A stretch of DNA of 63,288 nucleotides, counting the filler, from Reclinomonas americana ATCC 50394 (lineage: Eukaryota): the NCBI GenBank assembly GCA_048213135.1. It is 7 parts of 7 records of this genome, joined end to end, with 100 filler letters (N's around TTAATTAATTAA, not from the genome) between each part and the next. Parts side by side here need not be neighbours in the genome. Positions count along the whole stretch, not along the records: positions 1 to 10,786 come from AFZH01018698.1; 6 more parts are not named here. One strand, given 5' to 3'. Under the pieces are notes generated by a model. It ran no database searches. It was not told the origin of the DNA and saw only the letters and a program-made list of their open reading frames with translations. Below are positions 1-9,799 of the stretch, in pieces. Numbering within the stretch: the first letter of the stretch is position 1; every line of letters starts with the position of its first letter. A program made the translations under genes and the position numbers.

Positions 1-2
1 TT

Positions 3-1657
3 GGGTCTGACGCAATCTCGCTGACGTTTGGGATCATTGCACGCCGATCAGACGCGCCTGGAGAAGATCGATCTTTCCGCGGCCGTACATTTGGCGCTTA
101 ACGAGCTTGAGACGGGTGATCTGGCCCTCGGTTTGACCGTTTGACCAAGTCGAGAGGATAGCTGCTCGCACAGCGGCCTCGTCTCGTCGGACGCCATTCG
201 ACAATGAGGCGACCAGGCTTTGGGAGGCGCGCTCGATCCAGGAAGCCAAAGGCTCGGCCCGCCTCGCTCTGATCATGGCATGGAAGTCCGCGACGACCTC
301 GCGAGCCTCGACCAAGGGCGGGACGCCGTTCTCGATCGCCGCGATCGTAACAGTTTCGGCCTTCGTGAGATTGTCGCGACCAGTGGTCATCAACCTCGCG
401 ATGGTCCGGGCCGATGGGACGCGAGCAAGGCTGCTTGCGTCCGTTTTCTCGGCGCGCCGTCGGCGTGTTGCCCATTCCGAGACGACTCTAAGGCTTCCTC
501 GGAAGCCGTTCCTTCGCATTGCGCGCCAAAGGGCTGATGCATTGCGGGCGCCTGCATCCCATTGGGCATCAAGCCAGGGTAGATGCGCTTCCAGAGAACT
601 CTGGCGAGGTCGGAAGACGTCGCTCCGCTCGCCACGGACGATCCGCCGGACGGTCTGGCGGTGATGGCCCGTGCGCCTGACGATCTGTTTGATCGGCACG
701 CCTTCCTTCCAGAGGGCGAGGACCGCTGCGCTTGTCTCCTCGCGCCGCAAATATCCGTCATATTGCAGCTTCTCGGCTGCCGTCAGCAAAGCGGGATTGA
801 TCTCAGTGGCGCCGATGGCGCCGCGGATCTGACGCATCGACTTGCGCACGGCGTCGAGGAAAGCGTGGCTGGCATTCTCCATCAGGTGCCAGCGGTCGGC
901 AACCTGGACGGCCTGCGGCAGGGCTCGCGCCACCGCCTCTCCGTAGCCCCCGCCACGGTCACGGGCGACTGTGTGGACAGCGGACTGATGCCGGAGCCAG
1001 GCTTCCGATGTCGCCGGCTCCCGGTCAGGAAGCAGGACGACCGGCCGGCGGCGTTCGAGGTCGCAGACGATGGTGCCGTAGCGGTGATTGCGCCGCCACG
1101 CGAAGTCATCGATGCCGATCACGCGCAACGGCTCCCTCGGCACCCGGGCACGCTGCCGGACCACGCGCAGCAGCGTGTCGTTGCTGACCGGCAGCATCAT
1201 CCTGGCGGCAAAACTCGCTCCAGGCCGGCCGCCCAACGCGAGCCCGAGATGCTGGACGATATGATCGAGACGATCGGTCCGGCGTGCTCGCGGAGCAAGG
1301 ACACTGTCACCAAAGCGCTCCGCGAAGATCTGGCGGCCGCATAGGACCGCATCGCACCTGAAGCGCCGGACGAGGAGCTGGAGTTCGACGCGTCGGCCGC
1401 TGAGCGGCAGGTCCTTTGCTCGCCGGAAATACCGGCTCTGGATCCGTTGCGAGATCGCCCCACAATCAGGACATGGACCGGCGCTGACGGCCGCCCGAGC
1501 TCGGACAACAACAAGATCGCCTTCGATCGCGATCTCGTCGACCATCAATCCTGAAGGAACCAAGCTGGCTGGCCGAAATCGCTGCTTCATCATGCTGATT
1601 CCTTCTGGAAACCAGCGTCAGAACAGCCCCAACGTGCAGCGAAACTGAGTCAGACCC
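3..1657 (-). mobile_element. ISL3-family insertion sequence
   Basis: Imperfect terminal IRs GGGTCTGACGCAATCTCGCTG (from 3) and CAGCGAAACTGAGTCAGACCC (to 1657) flank one transposase ORF. The TSD cannot be checked because only 2 nt lie to the left. Confidence 0.9.
34..1593 (-). CDS. ISL3-family transposase
   Basis: 519 aa with zinc finger CPDCG...RRFRC, IGIDDFAW, VADRWHL and C-terminal SNGQTEGQITRLKLVKRQMYGR. Confidence 0.95.
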   Translation of the reverse strand: MMKQRFRPASLVPSGLMVDEIAIEGDLVVVRARAAVSAGPCPDCGAISQRIQSRYFRRAKDLPLSGRRVELQLLVRRFRCDAVLCGRQIFAERFGDSVLAPRARRTDRLDHIVQHLGLALGGRPGASFAARMMLPVSNDTLLRVVRQRARVPREPLRVIGIDDFAWRRNHRYGTIVCDLERRRPVVLLPDREPATSEAWLRHQSAVHTVARDRGGGYGEAVARALPQAVQVADRWHLMENASHAFLDAVRKSMRQIRGAIGATEINPALLTAAEKLQYDGYLRREETSAAVLALWKEGVPIKQIVRRTGHHRQTVRRIVRGERSDVFRPRQSSLEAHLPWLDAQWDAGARNASALWRAMRRNGFRGSLRVVSEWATRRRRAEKTDASSLARVPSARTIARLMTTGRDNLTKAETVTIAAIENGVPPLVEAREVVADFHAMIRARRAEPLASWIERASQSLVASLSNGVRRDEAAVRAAILSTWSNGQTEGQITRLKLVKRQMYGRGKIDLLQARLIGVQ

Positions 1658-1710
1658 AAAGTTGGACGCCGATCCCCCGCCTCACGGGGTCAAACTTGCA
1701 CGCCGAAACA
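1658..1710. mobile_element. IS21-family terminal end, interrupted by the ISL3 element
   Basis: AAAGTTGGACGCCGATC...GGGGTCAAACTTGCACGCCGAAACA ends in CA and carries the same repeat type as the IS21 end at 46884-46906 (GGGGTCAACATTGGACGCCAATC). Confidence 0.75.
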
Positions 1711-3636
1711 CACTTTGGCGGAAATCTCGGCGAGCTGGCTTGTCACCGCCGTCGCATCGTCCAGGATGCGCTTGGCTGCCTTGCTGTAGTCGATCATCCC
1801 TGACGAACGGGAATAGAAATTCTTGTCGCTTCGGAATGAGCCGCCGATCGAGGGCACCTCGACCTGTATGTCGACATTGCCGCCGTCGCCGATCTCGTAG
1901 GAGAGTTTAAGGTCGCTCCCGGCCGGGATTACTCCCGTGTCGAAGTCACCCCCCTTGATCTCGAGCAGGCCCACGAACGTGTTGTCCTCGACGGGGTGGT
2001 CGATGTCGCCTTCCCAGATCTTAAAGTTCAGTGATCCCGGAGCTCCCGCGCGCAGCGACTCCGCGGCCTTGAAAACCTCGTGCCCCTTCGCGGGAAGCTG
2101 GTCCCCTGCCCTGACCAGATAAAACAACTTACTGAGGTTGCTGACGGCATCCCGTACCTCGACGCCGATGGAATGCGACGCTGGGATCGCATCCACAGTG
2201 GCCGCCGTCCTTGTGATAACGATGCGATCCATCTCCAGCGCCAGCGGGCCGCCAGCCGGATCGAATACGAAGACTTTGAAGATGTTCTCGCCCTGCTTCG
2301 GGAGAGGAACCTCAATGATTGCTCCGCTCTTGATCTCAGCTCGCCCAGAAGACCAGCCGGTGTCCAAGCTGTCGACTTGGAACGCGGAGCCGGGAGCCAC
2401 CGGCGCTCCAGGCTTGAGAGCTATCTTGGCCTTCCCGTCCGGCGTCCTGGCAGCGTAGTTCAGCGTGAGATCGATGGCCGAGCCAACGCTGACAGTGCCC
2501 CGCGCGCTCTTTCTGCCCCTGCTATGGCTGCTCCAGTCGATCGCCTCGGCGAAGATCGCCGCGCCCGTAGCGACGGCGGTCATCGGATTGACGTCGGTCG
2601 AGGGAGCGATGCCCAGTTCGAACGCGACTTTCTCGCGCAGCGGCTTGTACTGCGTCGGTCCTCCGACGAACACGATCCGCTCGATGTCATGTGGCGTCAG
2701 CCCCGCATGCTCAATCGTGCGACGGGCAGCCTGGACTGATTCGTTGATTTTCTCGCTGATCAGGTTCGCGAGCTGCTCACGAGTGATGTTGATGTCGAGG
2801 TAAATGTCCGTGCCCGAAATGTCCTTCGTCGCGCACTCACTTTCCTCAGCACTTATCACCCCCTCCTCTCGGCTGGACAGGAGGATTTTCGCATTCTCGA
2901 CCGCCCGCCCCGCGACGCGGCGGAGCTGCTGGTATTCCGGTTTGGCCGAGAAGCCCTCGGGGAGGTCGAACGTTTTATCGAGCCACGGGATAACCAGGTT
3001 GTCGAGAATTAGGCGGTCGAAATCGCGACCGCCGCACATCTCAATCCCGCCCTGTCCTAGCAGGCTGACGCGACCGCCGATGCTCTGGGCGATCGCGATG
3101 TCGAGCGTGCCTCCGCCCAAATCGTAGATCAGGAAGATGCCGTCACCTTGGCGGCTCCGCATGACGCTCATCACGGCCGCGACTGGCTCTTGCATCAGGG
3201 CGACCTTGCCAAGCCCTGCAGCTCGAGCTGCTTCGATGGTCGCATCCTTCTGCATCTGATTGAAGGCGGCCGGGACCGTGATGACCGTCGCGACGTTCTC
3301 GTCGTTCCGGATGTTCTCGGGCAGGTATCCAAAGAGCGTGCGCAGAATTTCCGACGAACACTCCTCAGGGGTCATCGTGATGCCGACCGCCGGGAGGTTT
3401 ATAGGCGTGGACGAACCGATATGCCGCTTAAACAGCATCGCGGTGCTGCTGAAATTCCTCGGTGCATTTTCATAGGCCCGCTGACCGACATAGCGATTAC
3501 CCCGGCGATCGATGGCAATGGCTGATGGCGTGACGTCGTTTTGCTCGGGGCTCTTGTAGAGGTGAACCGTCTCGCCGTCGTAGGAGCAGATCGCGCTGTT
3601 CGTGGTTCCTAGGTCGATGCCGACATAGTGGCTCAT
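1690..3636 (-). pseudogene. Atypical Hsp70/DnaK-family protein, C-terminally truncated by an IS21 end
   Basis: Hsp70 motifs VGIDLGTTNS, VITVPAAF, EPVAA, YDLGGGTLD, GGRDFD, VFVGG; the region after the ATPase domain is non-canonical. The last residues CFGVQV and the stop come from the IS end at 1690-1710. Confidence 0.85.
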
Positions 3637-4001
3637 CACTGTACCTTCTTCACCGTGACCCTGCCCATGCGAAGTAGGCCGGAGGAGCTCATCACAATTG
3701 GATCGATCGTCTCTGCCACGACCAGCACGTCGTCGGGGCCGAACTCGTCGATATTGATCGCCGTCGCTGCCGCGCCCGTGTCATATGGCTGACCATCCAA
3801 GTTCACAAACCGCATTCCCGAGCTTTCAAGGCAGCTCTCGACCTTGCCAAGAAAGAAGCGATGCTGGTTGGTGAATCGCGTCGCCTCCATCGGATCCAGC
3901 TTCGACAGCGCCCTGCCGAAGAGACGCTGGAACCGCCAACTTTCGAGCGCGAGCTCAAGAAGAGCTTCCTCTACCTTGTTACCCGGAACGATTGGGTCCA
4001 T
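3636..4001 (-). CDS. Small GrpE-like protein (121 aa)
   Basis: RBS GGAG before ATG 4001. Helical N-terminus followed by GQPYDTG...VVAETIDPIVM...LLRMGRVTV, resembling the GrpE beta domain. Its TGA overlaps the Hsp70 ATG (TGATG). Confidence 0.65.
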   Translation of the reverse strand: MDPIVPGNKVEEALLELALESWRFQRLFGRALSKLDPMEATRFTNQHRFFLGKVESCLESSGMRFVNLDGQPYDTGAAATAINIDEFGPDDVLVVAETIDPIVMSSSGLLRMGRVTVKKVQ

Positions 4002-4317
4002 CGGCGCTCCATAAGAAAGAAAAATCTGGAACCAGGTGACTGCCGGGATTTTAAGCAGCAATCCCACTGGGGCAATGCCTCGTGAAAATTATCGATTTCG
4101 GCAACCCTGGTCTTCAGATCTTCCACGTCATTCTCCGCATGATTTCCGTCTTTCAACGAACCCAAGCGAAGTGCGCGTCTCAAAAACTTCTTTCCTGGCT
4201 GGGTCGACGGTGGCTCAGGGCACGGTCGACCCACCGGGCGGGAAGACAGTTATTTCTTGAAACGCCAGCACGCGACCTTGTTCAGTTCCGCTGGCCTCAA
4301 CCTGCACGCCCATCCCG

Positions 4318-4554
4318 ACTCGGCATCGAGCCTATGCAGGCGCGCGCACGCCGCCGCCGTCGCCAGCGTACCCATTACGGCGAGGCGGTGAGCATTGCCG
4401 AGACGATACGCACCGGCTCCTCGCCAGCGCCCGCAATCATGACGCCGACGCAGTCGACGAAGCCGAGCTTAGCGGCCTCGACGCAGCGATCCGGCAGATC
4501 CGCGTGCTTTATGCCTGCGACGAAATGGGCCGACCGCCGGGTGATGTCGAGCAT
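4318..4554 (-). pseudogene. MmgE/PrpD-family remnant
   Basis: N-terminus MLDITRRSAHFVAGIKHADLP...FVDCVGVMIAGAGEEPV is joined out of frame to the internal segment MGTLATAAACARLHRLDAE, indicating internal deletion plus truncation. Confidence 0.75.
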
Positions 4555-4564
4555 GGCCGCGTCC

Positions 4565-5767
4565 TTAGTAAGATCGGGGAAGACCGAGCACGTGCTGCGC
4601 GACATAGGCGAGCACCATGTTCGTCGAGATCGGTGCGGTTTGGTATAGACGAACCTCGCGCCATTTGCGCTCGATGTCATATTCGGCTGCGTATCCAAAG
4701 CCTCCATAGGTCTGCATCGTTGTGTCGGCCGCCTTCCAAGTCGCTTCTGAGGCGAGCAACTTGGCGATGTTGGCCTCAGTGCCGCATGGCCTGCCGGCCT
4801 GGAACACGGCCGCAGCCTTGCGGCACATCAAGTCAGCCGCCTCGAGCTCGGCATAGGCCCGGGCGAGCGGAAACTGGATGCCCTGGTTCTGACCAATGGG
4901 TCGACCAAAGATGCGCCTCTCGTTGGCGTAAGCGACGCCCTTCTTGAGAAGCCAGCGTCCGTCCCCGACGCATTCCGATGCGACGAGAATACGTTCTGCA
5001 TTCATGCCGTCGAGGATGTAGCGGAAGCCCTTGCCCTCCTCGCCGATAAGGCTTTCGGCCGGAATCTTGAGATTCTCGATGAAGATTTCAGTCGTGTTAT
5101 GATTTATCATCGCCTTGATCGGGCGGATGTCCACACCATTGCCCTTGGCATCGCGTAGATCGACAAGGAAGACCGAAAGCCCGTCGGTGCGCTTGGCGCA
5201 CTGGTCGAGCGGCGTCGTACGGGCCAGCAGCAGCATGAGGTCAGAATGCAGCGCCCGGGAGGTCCAGACCTTCTGGCCGTTGACCAGATAATGGCTGTTG
5301 CCCTGCTTCTCCGCCCGGGTCTTCAGCTGCGTTGTGTCGGAGCCGGTGTTGGGCTCTGTGATACCGAAAGCCTGCAAGCGCAGCTTGCCGGAGGCGATCT
5401 CGGGCAGGTAACGCTGCTTTTGCATCTCGCTACCATGCCGGAGTAGTGTGCCCATGATATACATTTGGGCATGAGCCGGGCTGGCAACACAGCCATTCGA
5501 GTTGATCTCTTCCAGAATTACTGCAGCCGCGCGCAGCGGCAGGCCAGAACCGCCATATTCCTCAGGGATCAACGCACCGAGGAAGCCGGCCTCGGTCAGC
5601 GCGTTGACGAATTCGGTTGGGTAGCCGCTGCGGTCGTCGAGATCGCGCCAGTACTCGCCCGGAAAGCCGGCGCAGATTCGGCGGACGGAATCCCGTAGCT
5701 CCGGAAAGTCTTCACCGAGCTCCATGGTGATCTCTCCCTCGGCGAGAACGTCGGCGTGATGGGTCAT
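4565..5767 (-). CDS. Acyl-CoA dehydrogenase
   Basis: IPEEYGGSG, FGITEPNTGSD, NGQKVWTS, FGRPIGQNQGIQF, YGGFGYAAEYDIER. Confidence 0.95.
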   Translation of the reverse strand: MTHHADVLAEGEITMELGEDFPELRDSVRRICAGFPGEYWRDLDDRSGYPTEFVNALTEAGFLGALIPEEYGGSGLPLRAAAVILEEINSNGCVASPAHAQMYIMGTLLRHGSEMQKQRYLPEIASGKLRLQAFGITEPNTGSDTTQLKTRAEKQGNSHYLVNGQKVWTSRALHSDLMLLLARTTPLDQCAKRTDGLSVFLVDLRDAKGNGVDIRPIKAMINHNTTEIFIENLKIPAESLIGEEGKGFRYILDGMNAERILVASECVGDGRWLLKKGVAYANERRIFGRPIGQNQGIQFPLARAYAELEAADLMCRKAAAVFQAGRPCGTEANIAKLLASEATWKAADTTMQTYGGFGYAAEYDIERKWREVRLYQTAPISTNMVLAYVAQHVLGLPRSY

Positions 5768-5782
5768 ATGTGTCGATCCTTC

Positions 5783-6718
5783 TCAGGCGGCGGCGTCGAG
5801 ACGCGCGCAATAGGTCTTGGGCAAGCCAGCACGGGCGATCGCGCCGTAGAAGTGTTCGCCGGGGAGCCAGGTCTCGACCTCGCGGCGCAGGGCAACCAGT
5901 TCTTCGACTTCGATGCCAGTGTCGAGACCGAGCTGCTCAAGCAGGTACACAGTGTCCTCAGTGTTGACGTTGCCGGTTGCGCCAGGTGCGAAGGGGCAAC
6001 CACCGAGCCCGGCAAGCGAAGCGTCGAAGGCTCGCACGCCGGCTTCTAGCGCGGCGACGACATTGGCAAGTCCGAGCCCACGCGTGTCGTGGAAATGGCA
6101 GGCAACCGGCAGTTTTCCGACGGCCTCAACCACCCGGCGCGTCAACCGGCGCACTTGTAAGGGATCACCATAGCCCACAGTGTCGGCAATGATGATCTCG
6201 TCTGCCCCGGCACGGGCCAACCGCTCGGCGATCGCGACGACGCGATCTTCCGAAACGGCGCCCGAAATGGTGCAGCCGAAGGCGGTCGCGATGCCGGCAC
6301 CGAGCGCGATGCGCGGGCTCGTCTGGGCATCGCGCGCGGCGACGATGCGTTCGAAATCGGCCAGGGACTCCTCGGTCGTGCGCCGGACATTGGCGAGGTT
6401 GTGCTCCTCGCTGGCCGACAGCACGTAGTTGACCAGTGGCACGCCGATGGCGAAGGCGCGCTCGGCCCCTTTCAAATTCGGCACAAGCGCCGAGGCCTTG
6501 AGGCCGTCAATCGCGATGGCGCCGCGCGCAACCTCTTCGGCGTCGACGAATTGCGGCACCACTTTCGGCGGCACGAAGGAGGTGACCTCGATATCCCTGA
6601 CGCCGGCAGCGACAGCGCCGCGGCACCAAGCCAGCTTCCGCTCGGTCGAGAGGATTGTCTTGACCATCTGGATGCCGTCTCGCGGGCCGACCTCGCGGAC
6701 ATGTACTTGTTCACGCAT
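5783..6718 (-). CDS. HMG-CoA lyase family protein
   Basis: EVGPRDGIQ, IEVTSFV, ADTVG, HFHDTRGLGLAN, GLGGCPFAPGATGNV; RBS GAGGAG before ATG 6718. Confidence 0.93.
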   Translation of the reverse strand: MREQVHVREVGPRDGIQMVKTILSTERKLAWCRGAVAAGVRDIEVTSFVPPKVVPQFVDAEEVARGAIAIDGLKASALVPNLKGAERAFAIGVPLVNYVLSASEEHNLANVRRTTEESLADFERIVAARDAQTSPRIALGAGIATAFGCTISGAVSEDRVVAIAERLARAGADEIIIADTVGYGDPLQVRRLTRRVVEAVGKLPVACHFHDTRGLGLANVVAALEAGVRAFDASLAGLGGCPFAPGATGNVNTEDTVYLLEQLGLDTGIEVEELVALRREVETWLPGEHFYGAIARAGLPKTYCARLDAAA

Positions 6719-6728
6719 GATTTGCTCC

Positions 6729-7523
6729 TCAGCGGCCCTTGAAATCGGGTTTGCGCTTCTCATTGAAGGCGAGCACGCCTTCGTGCCGATCCTGCGACGG
6801 GATCATCCGATTGTAGGCTTCGATCTCGAAGGCGAGCCCGTCCCAGAGTGACATCTGCAGGCCACGATGGATCGACTGCTTGGCCTGGCGCACCGCGATC
6901 GGGCCATTTCCGGCGATGCGTTCGGCGATGCCCAGGGTCGCCGCTACCAGTTCGTCGGGCGCGAGCACCCGGTTAACCAAGCCCCACCGCTCGCCATCCT
7001 CGGCCGAGAAAGGCAGACCCGAGAGGATGAGCTCCTTGGCGCGGCGCTCGCCCACGGCGCGGGCGAGGTTCTGCGTGCCGCCGGCACCTGGCATGATACC
7101 GAGCGTGACCTCGGTCAGCGCGAAACGGGCATTTGTCGAGGCATAGACGAAGTCCGCGGCAGCCGCGAGCTCACAGCCTCCGCCATAGGCTACACCGTTG
7201 ACCGCCGCGATAAGCGGTAGTGGGCAGCCCATGATAGCTCGCACCATACGCTCGAAGATGGCGTGCTGGCTCTGCCACTGCTCATCGGTCATGCCCTTGC
7301 GCTGCTTCAGATCGCCGCCGGCGCAGAAGGATTTTTCGCCGGTGCCGGTCAGGACGAGCGCCCTTAGCCCCTGGGTGTCGATGGCAAAGCTCTCGAACAG
7401 CTCCATCAGATCGAGGCCCATCTGGGTGTTCATCGCGTTGTAGACTTCAGGCCGGCTCAGCGTGATCAGCAGCACATGCTCGCCCTTGCGCTCGACCGAG
7501 ATAGTCTCGAACTCAGCGCGCAT
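6729..7523 (-). CDS. Enoyl-CoA hydratase/isomerase
   Basis: FCAGGDLK, IAAVNGVAYGGGCEL, EVTLGIMPGAGGTQ, AFNEKRKPDFKGR. Confidence 0.95.
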   Translation of the reverse strand: MRAEFETISVERKGEHVLLITLSRPEVYNAMNTQMGLDLMELFESFAIDTQGLRALVLTGTGEKSFCAGGDLKQRKGMTDEQWQSQHAIFERMVRAIMGCPLPLIAAVNGVAYGGGCELAAAADFVYASTNARFALTEVTLGIMPGAGGTQNLARAVGERRAKELILSGLPFSAEDGERWGLVNRVLAPDELVAATLGIAERIAGNGPIAVRQAKQSIHRGLQMSLWDGLAFEIEAYNRMIPSQDRHEGVLAFNEKRKPDFKGR

Positions 7524-8676
7524 CGGCGGCCTCCATCGCCTCGATGGCGAGGATGTCGTTGTGCTCACCCAGCTTGGGCGCCCTTATCCGGGCACGCGGG
7601 CGTTCCCCGTCGAAGGAGAGCGGTACTCCCATCAGCTCTATGTCGTCGGCTGAGCATCGCACGCTCATGCCGAGCGCATGGGTCTGTGGGTGGCTCGATA
7701 CCTGGTCGACCGTCAGCAGCGGGGCATTAGGCACGCCCGCCTCGTCGAGCTTGAGGCCAAGCTGCTCGCTCGTGAGCAGCGCAGTGACGGCCGAGATTTG
7801 CGGGATGAGCCGATCTCTGTTTATGACGCGAGCCTTGTTGGTGGCGAAATCCGGATCGTTGGCGATGGCCTGCAATCCGAGCGCGCCACAGAGCTTGCGG
7901 TAGAGGTTGTCGTTGCCGGCCGCGACCATCAGCCAGCCGTCGGACGTTTCAAAGCACTGATAGGGCACAATTTCAGCCGTGCCGGAGCCGAAGGGCTTTC
8001 GCACCTCATGCGAGGCCTCGTAGCCGGCAAGTGGCACCGTCATCCAGGCGAGGCCGGTTTCGAATAGGGAGGTCGCGACCGTGCGACCCTCGCCGGATTC
8101 CTTGCGCGCAACCAGCCCGGCAAGCAGGCCGATGACCGACCACATGCCCGATCCCATATCGATCAGCGATACGCCAACGCGGACAGGCGGACGCCCCCCC
8201 TCCCCGGTCACGCTCATGATGCCCGTCGAGGCTTGCGCCAGCGGATCGTAGCCTGGCTTCTTCGCCAACGGACCGACGGCACCGAAGGCGCCGATATCGC
8301 ACCAGATCAGCTCGGACTTGACCTTGCGCAACGCCTCCCCGGTGAGGCCGAACTTCTCCAGGATCCCGGGCCTGAGGTTCTGGATCACAGCGTCTGCCTC
8401 AGCGATAATCAGCGAGCGCAACGCCTCTATCTGGGCGCCATCGGTAAAATCCACGGCGAGCCCCTCCTTGCCGCGATTGAGCGCGTGGAAGGCACTGGCC
8501 GTGTCGTGGAAGAAGGGCGGGCCCCAACCTCGGGCATAGTCGCCGGCACCCGGATTCTCGACCTTAATCACCCGCGCGCCAAGATCGGCGAGGATCAACC
8601 CTGCATAAGGCGCTGCCACGCTGTGGCCCAGTTCGACCACGGTGATGCCGGCCAGCGGCTTGTCTACGTCACTCAT
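7513..8676 (-). CDS. CaiB/BaiF (family III) CoA-transferase
   Basis: LAGITVVEL, ADLGARVIKVE, LNRGK, PGYD, APKLGEHN. Confidence 0.95.
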   Translation of the reverse strand: MSDVDKPLAGITVVELGHSVAAPYAGLILADLGARVIKVENPGAGDYARGWGPPFFHDTASAFHALNRGKEGLAVDFTDGAQIEALRSLIIAEADAVIQNLRPGILEKFGLTGEALRKVKSELIWCDIGAFGAVGPLAKKPGYDPLAQASTGIMSVTGEGGRPPVRVGVSLIDMGSGMWSVIGLLAGLVARKESGEGRTVATSLFETGLAWMTVPLAGYEASHEVRKPFGSGTAEIVPYQCFETSDGWLMVAAGNDNLYRKLCGALGLQAIANDPDFATNKARVINRDRLIPQISAVTALLTSEQLGLKLDEAGVPNAPLLTVDQVSSHPQTHALGMSVRCSADDIELMGVPLSFDGERPRARIRAPKLGEHNDILAIEAMEAADAR

Positions 8677-8714
8677 AAGACCTCCCGACCGCGCAGCCGA
8701 CCACGCAGCGCATA

Positions 8715-8728
8715 ATGAAACGTTTCAT
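8715..8728. promoter_or_regulatory. LacI-type operator (perfect palindrome ATGAAACGTTTCAT)
   Basis: Palindrome with central CG typical of LacI operators, upstream of the CoA-transferase operon; a related site ATGAAACATTTCAT lies at 9000-9013. Confidence 0.75.
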
Positions 8729-9030
8729 ATTATGCCGTCAAGCACATTCGAAAATGGGCATGCCGCAAACTCATCTGGGAATTGCTGCAATGACCACCGC
8801 ATCGCCGCCAAAACGGCAAATCAAGCCACCGCATAGATGATGAGGTTGGCAAGCTCGCTGCGATGCTGTCCAGCCCGCCGCAATCACGCTTGGCGAGCGC
8901 ATTCACCTATAAACTTCATCGATCTCCAGCGACCTCAAGCCACGCGCGTTATGCAGGTAGCCTTTATACAGAACGTATGTTAATCACCGCCTGCGGTCAA
9001 TGAAACATTTCATTGTGAATGGTAGGTCGA

Positions 9031-9501
9031 ATGACCAGAGCGAAAGGTATCAACTGGGCTTCGGATTTCGCCGTGCTCGCGCATCGGTACGAAGAACGCA
9101 TCGCTGTTTCGGACAGGCACGGTACCGTGACGTATGGGGCGCTGTTCGCGCGGGCCACGAGCATAGCACAGGCATTGTCGCAGCGGGGCATCGGCCCCCG
9201 CAGCGTCGTCGCGACCATGTTCCGCAATGACCGCCACGCAGTTGCGGGAATGTTGGCTACAATGTTGACCGGCTCAACCGAAGTGCCCCTCAATCCGGCG
9301 CTCAGCCAAGCTGACCGAGAGCATTGCTGCTCTGTGGCAGGCGTCGAAATGGTACTTACCAGCGAGACATTAGCGGACAGTTCATTGAACGATCTCGGAG
9401 CCGTGATGACGGTGGAGGCAATCAGCCCTGCGATATCGGACGTCATCATGCTTCCCAATTGCGATCCAAACTCCCCTGCTCGGATCGTCTTCACTTCAGG
9501 C
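9031..9501 (+). pseudogene. Acyl-CoA synthetase (AMP-binding) N-terminal fragment
   Basis: IAVSD..GTVTYG, LSQRGIGP, VPLNPAL; it breaks inside the AMP-binding motif (ARIVFTSG) and runs into IS3 sequence. Confidence 0.85.
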
Positions 9502-9790
9502 GCGATAGCCGATCGCTGGCCACCGCCCTTGGGCAGGCTGCGACGACGCGGTCTGGCACGCAATGCCTGGGCACGCATCAGCCTCTCGATGCGATGCAGG
9601 CCGCAATCGATGCCTTCCGCCAGCACATCCCGCCAGACACGCCTGGCACCATAGGTTCGATCAGAACCAAGGAAGCTTACCCGGTCCCTGTTGCCGATCT
9701 CCTCGTCGTCGCGTGCTCGACGACTTCTCTCGCTCTATCGTCGCATCAGAGCTCTTCGCCCGGAGCGGATGACGTCACCGCCTCGCTCGA
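9500..9790 (-). mobile_element. IS3-family transposase (orfB) remnant
   Basis: SFLGSDRTYGARRVWRDVLAEGIDCGLHRIERLMRAQALRARPRRR. Confidence 0.85.
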
Positions 9791-9799
9791 TCGCTGTTC

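Noticed and set aside
4201..4232. Hairpin GGGTCGACGGTG-N8-CACGGTCGACCC upstream of the GrpE-like gene, and ORF 3971-4234
   Set aside because: Single occurrence, no U-tract and no recognisable product, so no function can be assigned.
8997..9654. Overlapping 209-aa and 211-aa ORFs on opposite strands as a novel bidirectional gene
   Set aside because: Explained by a truncated CoA ligase fused to an IS3 remnant.
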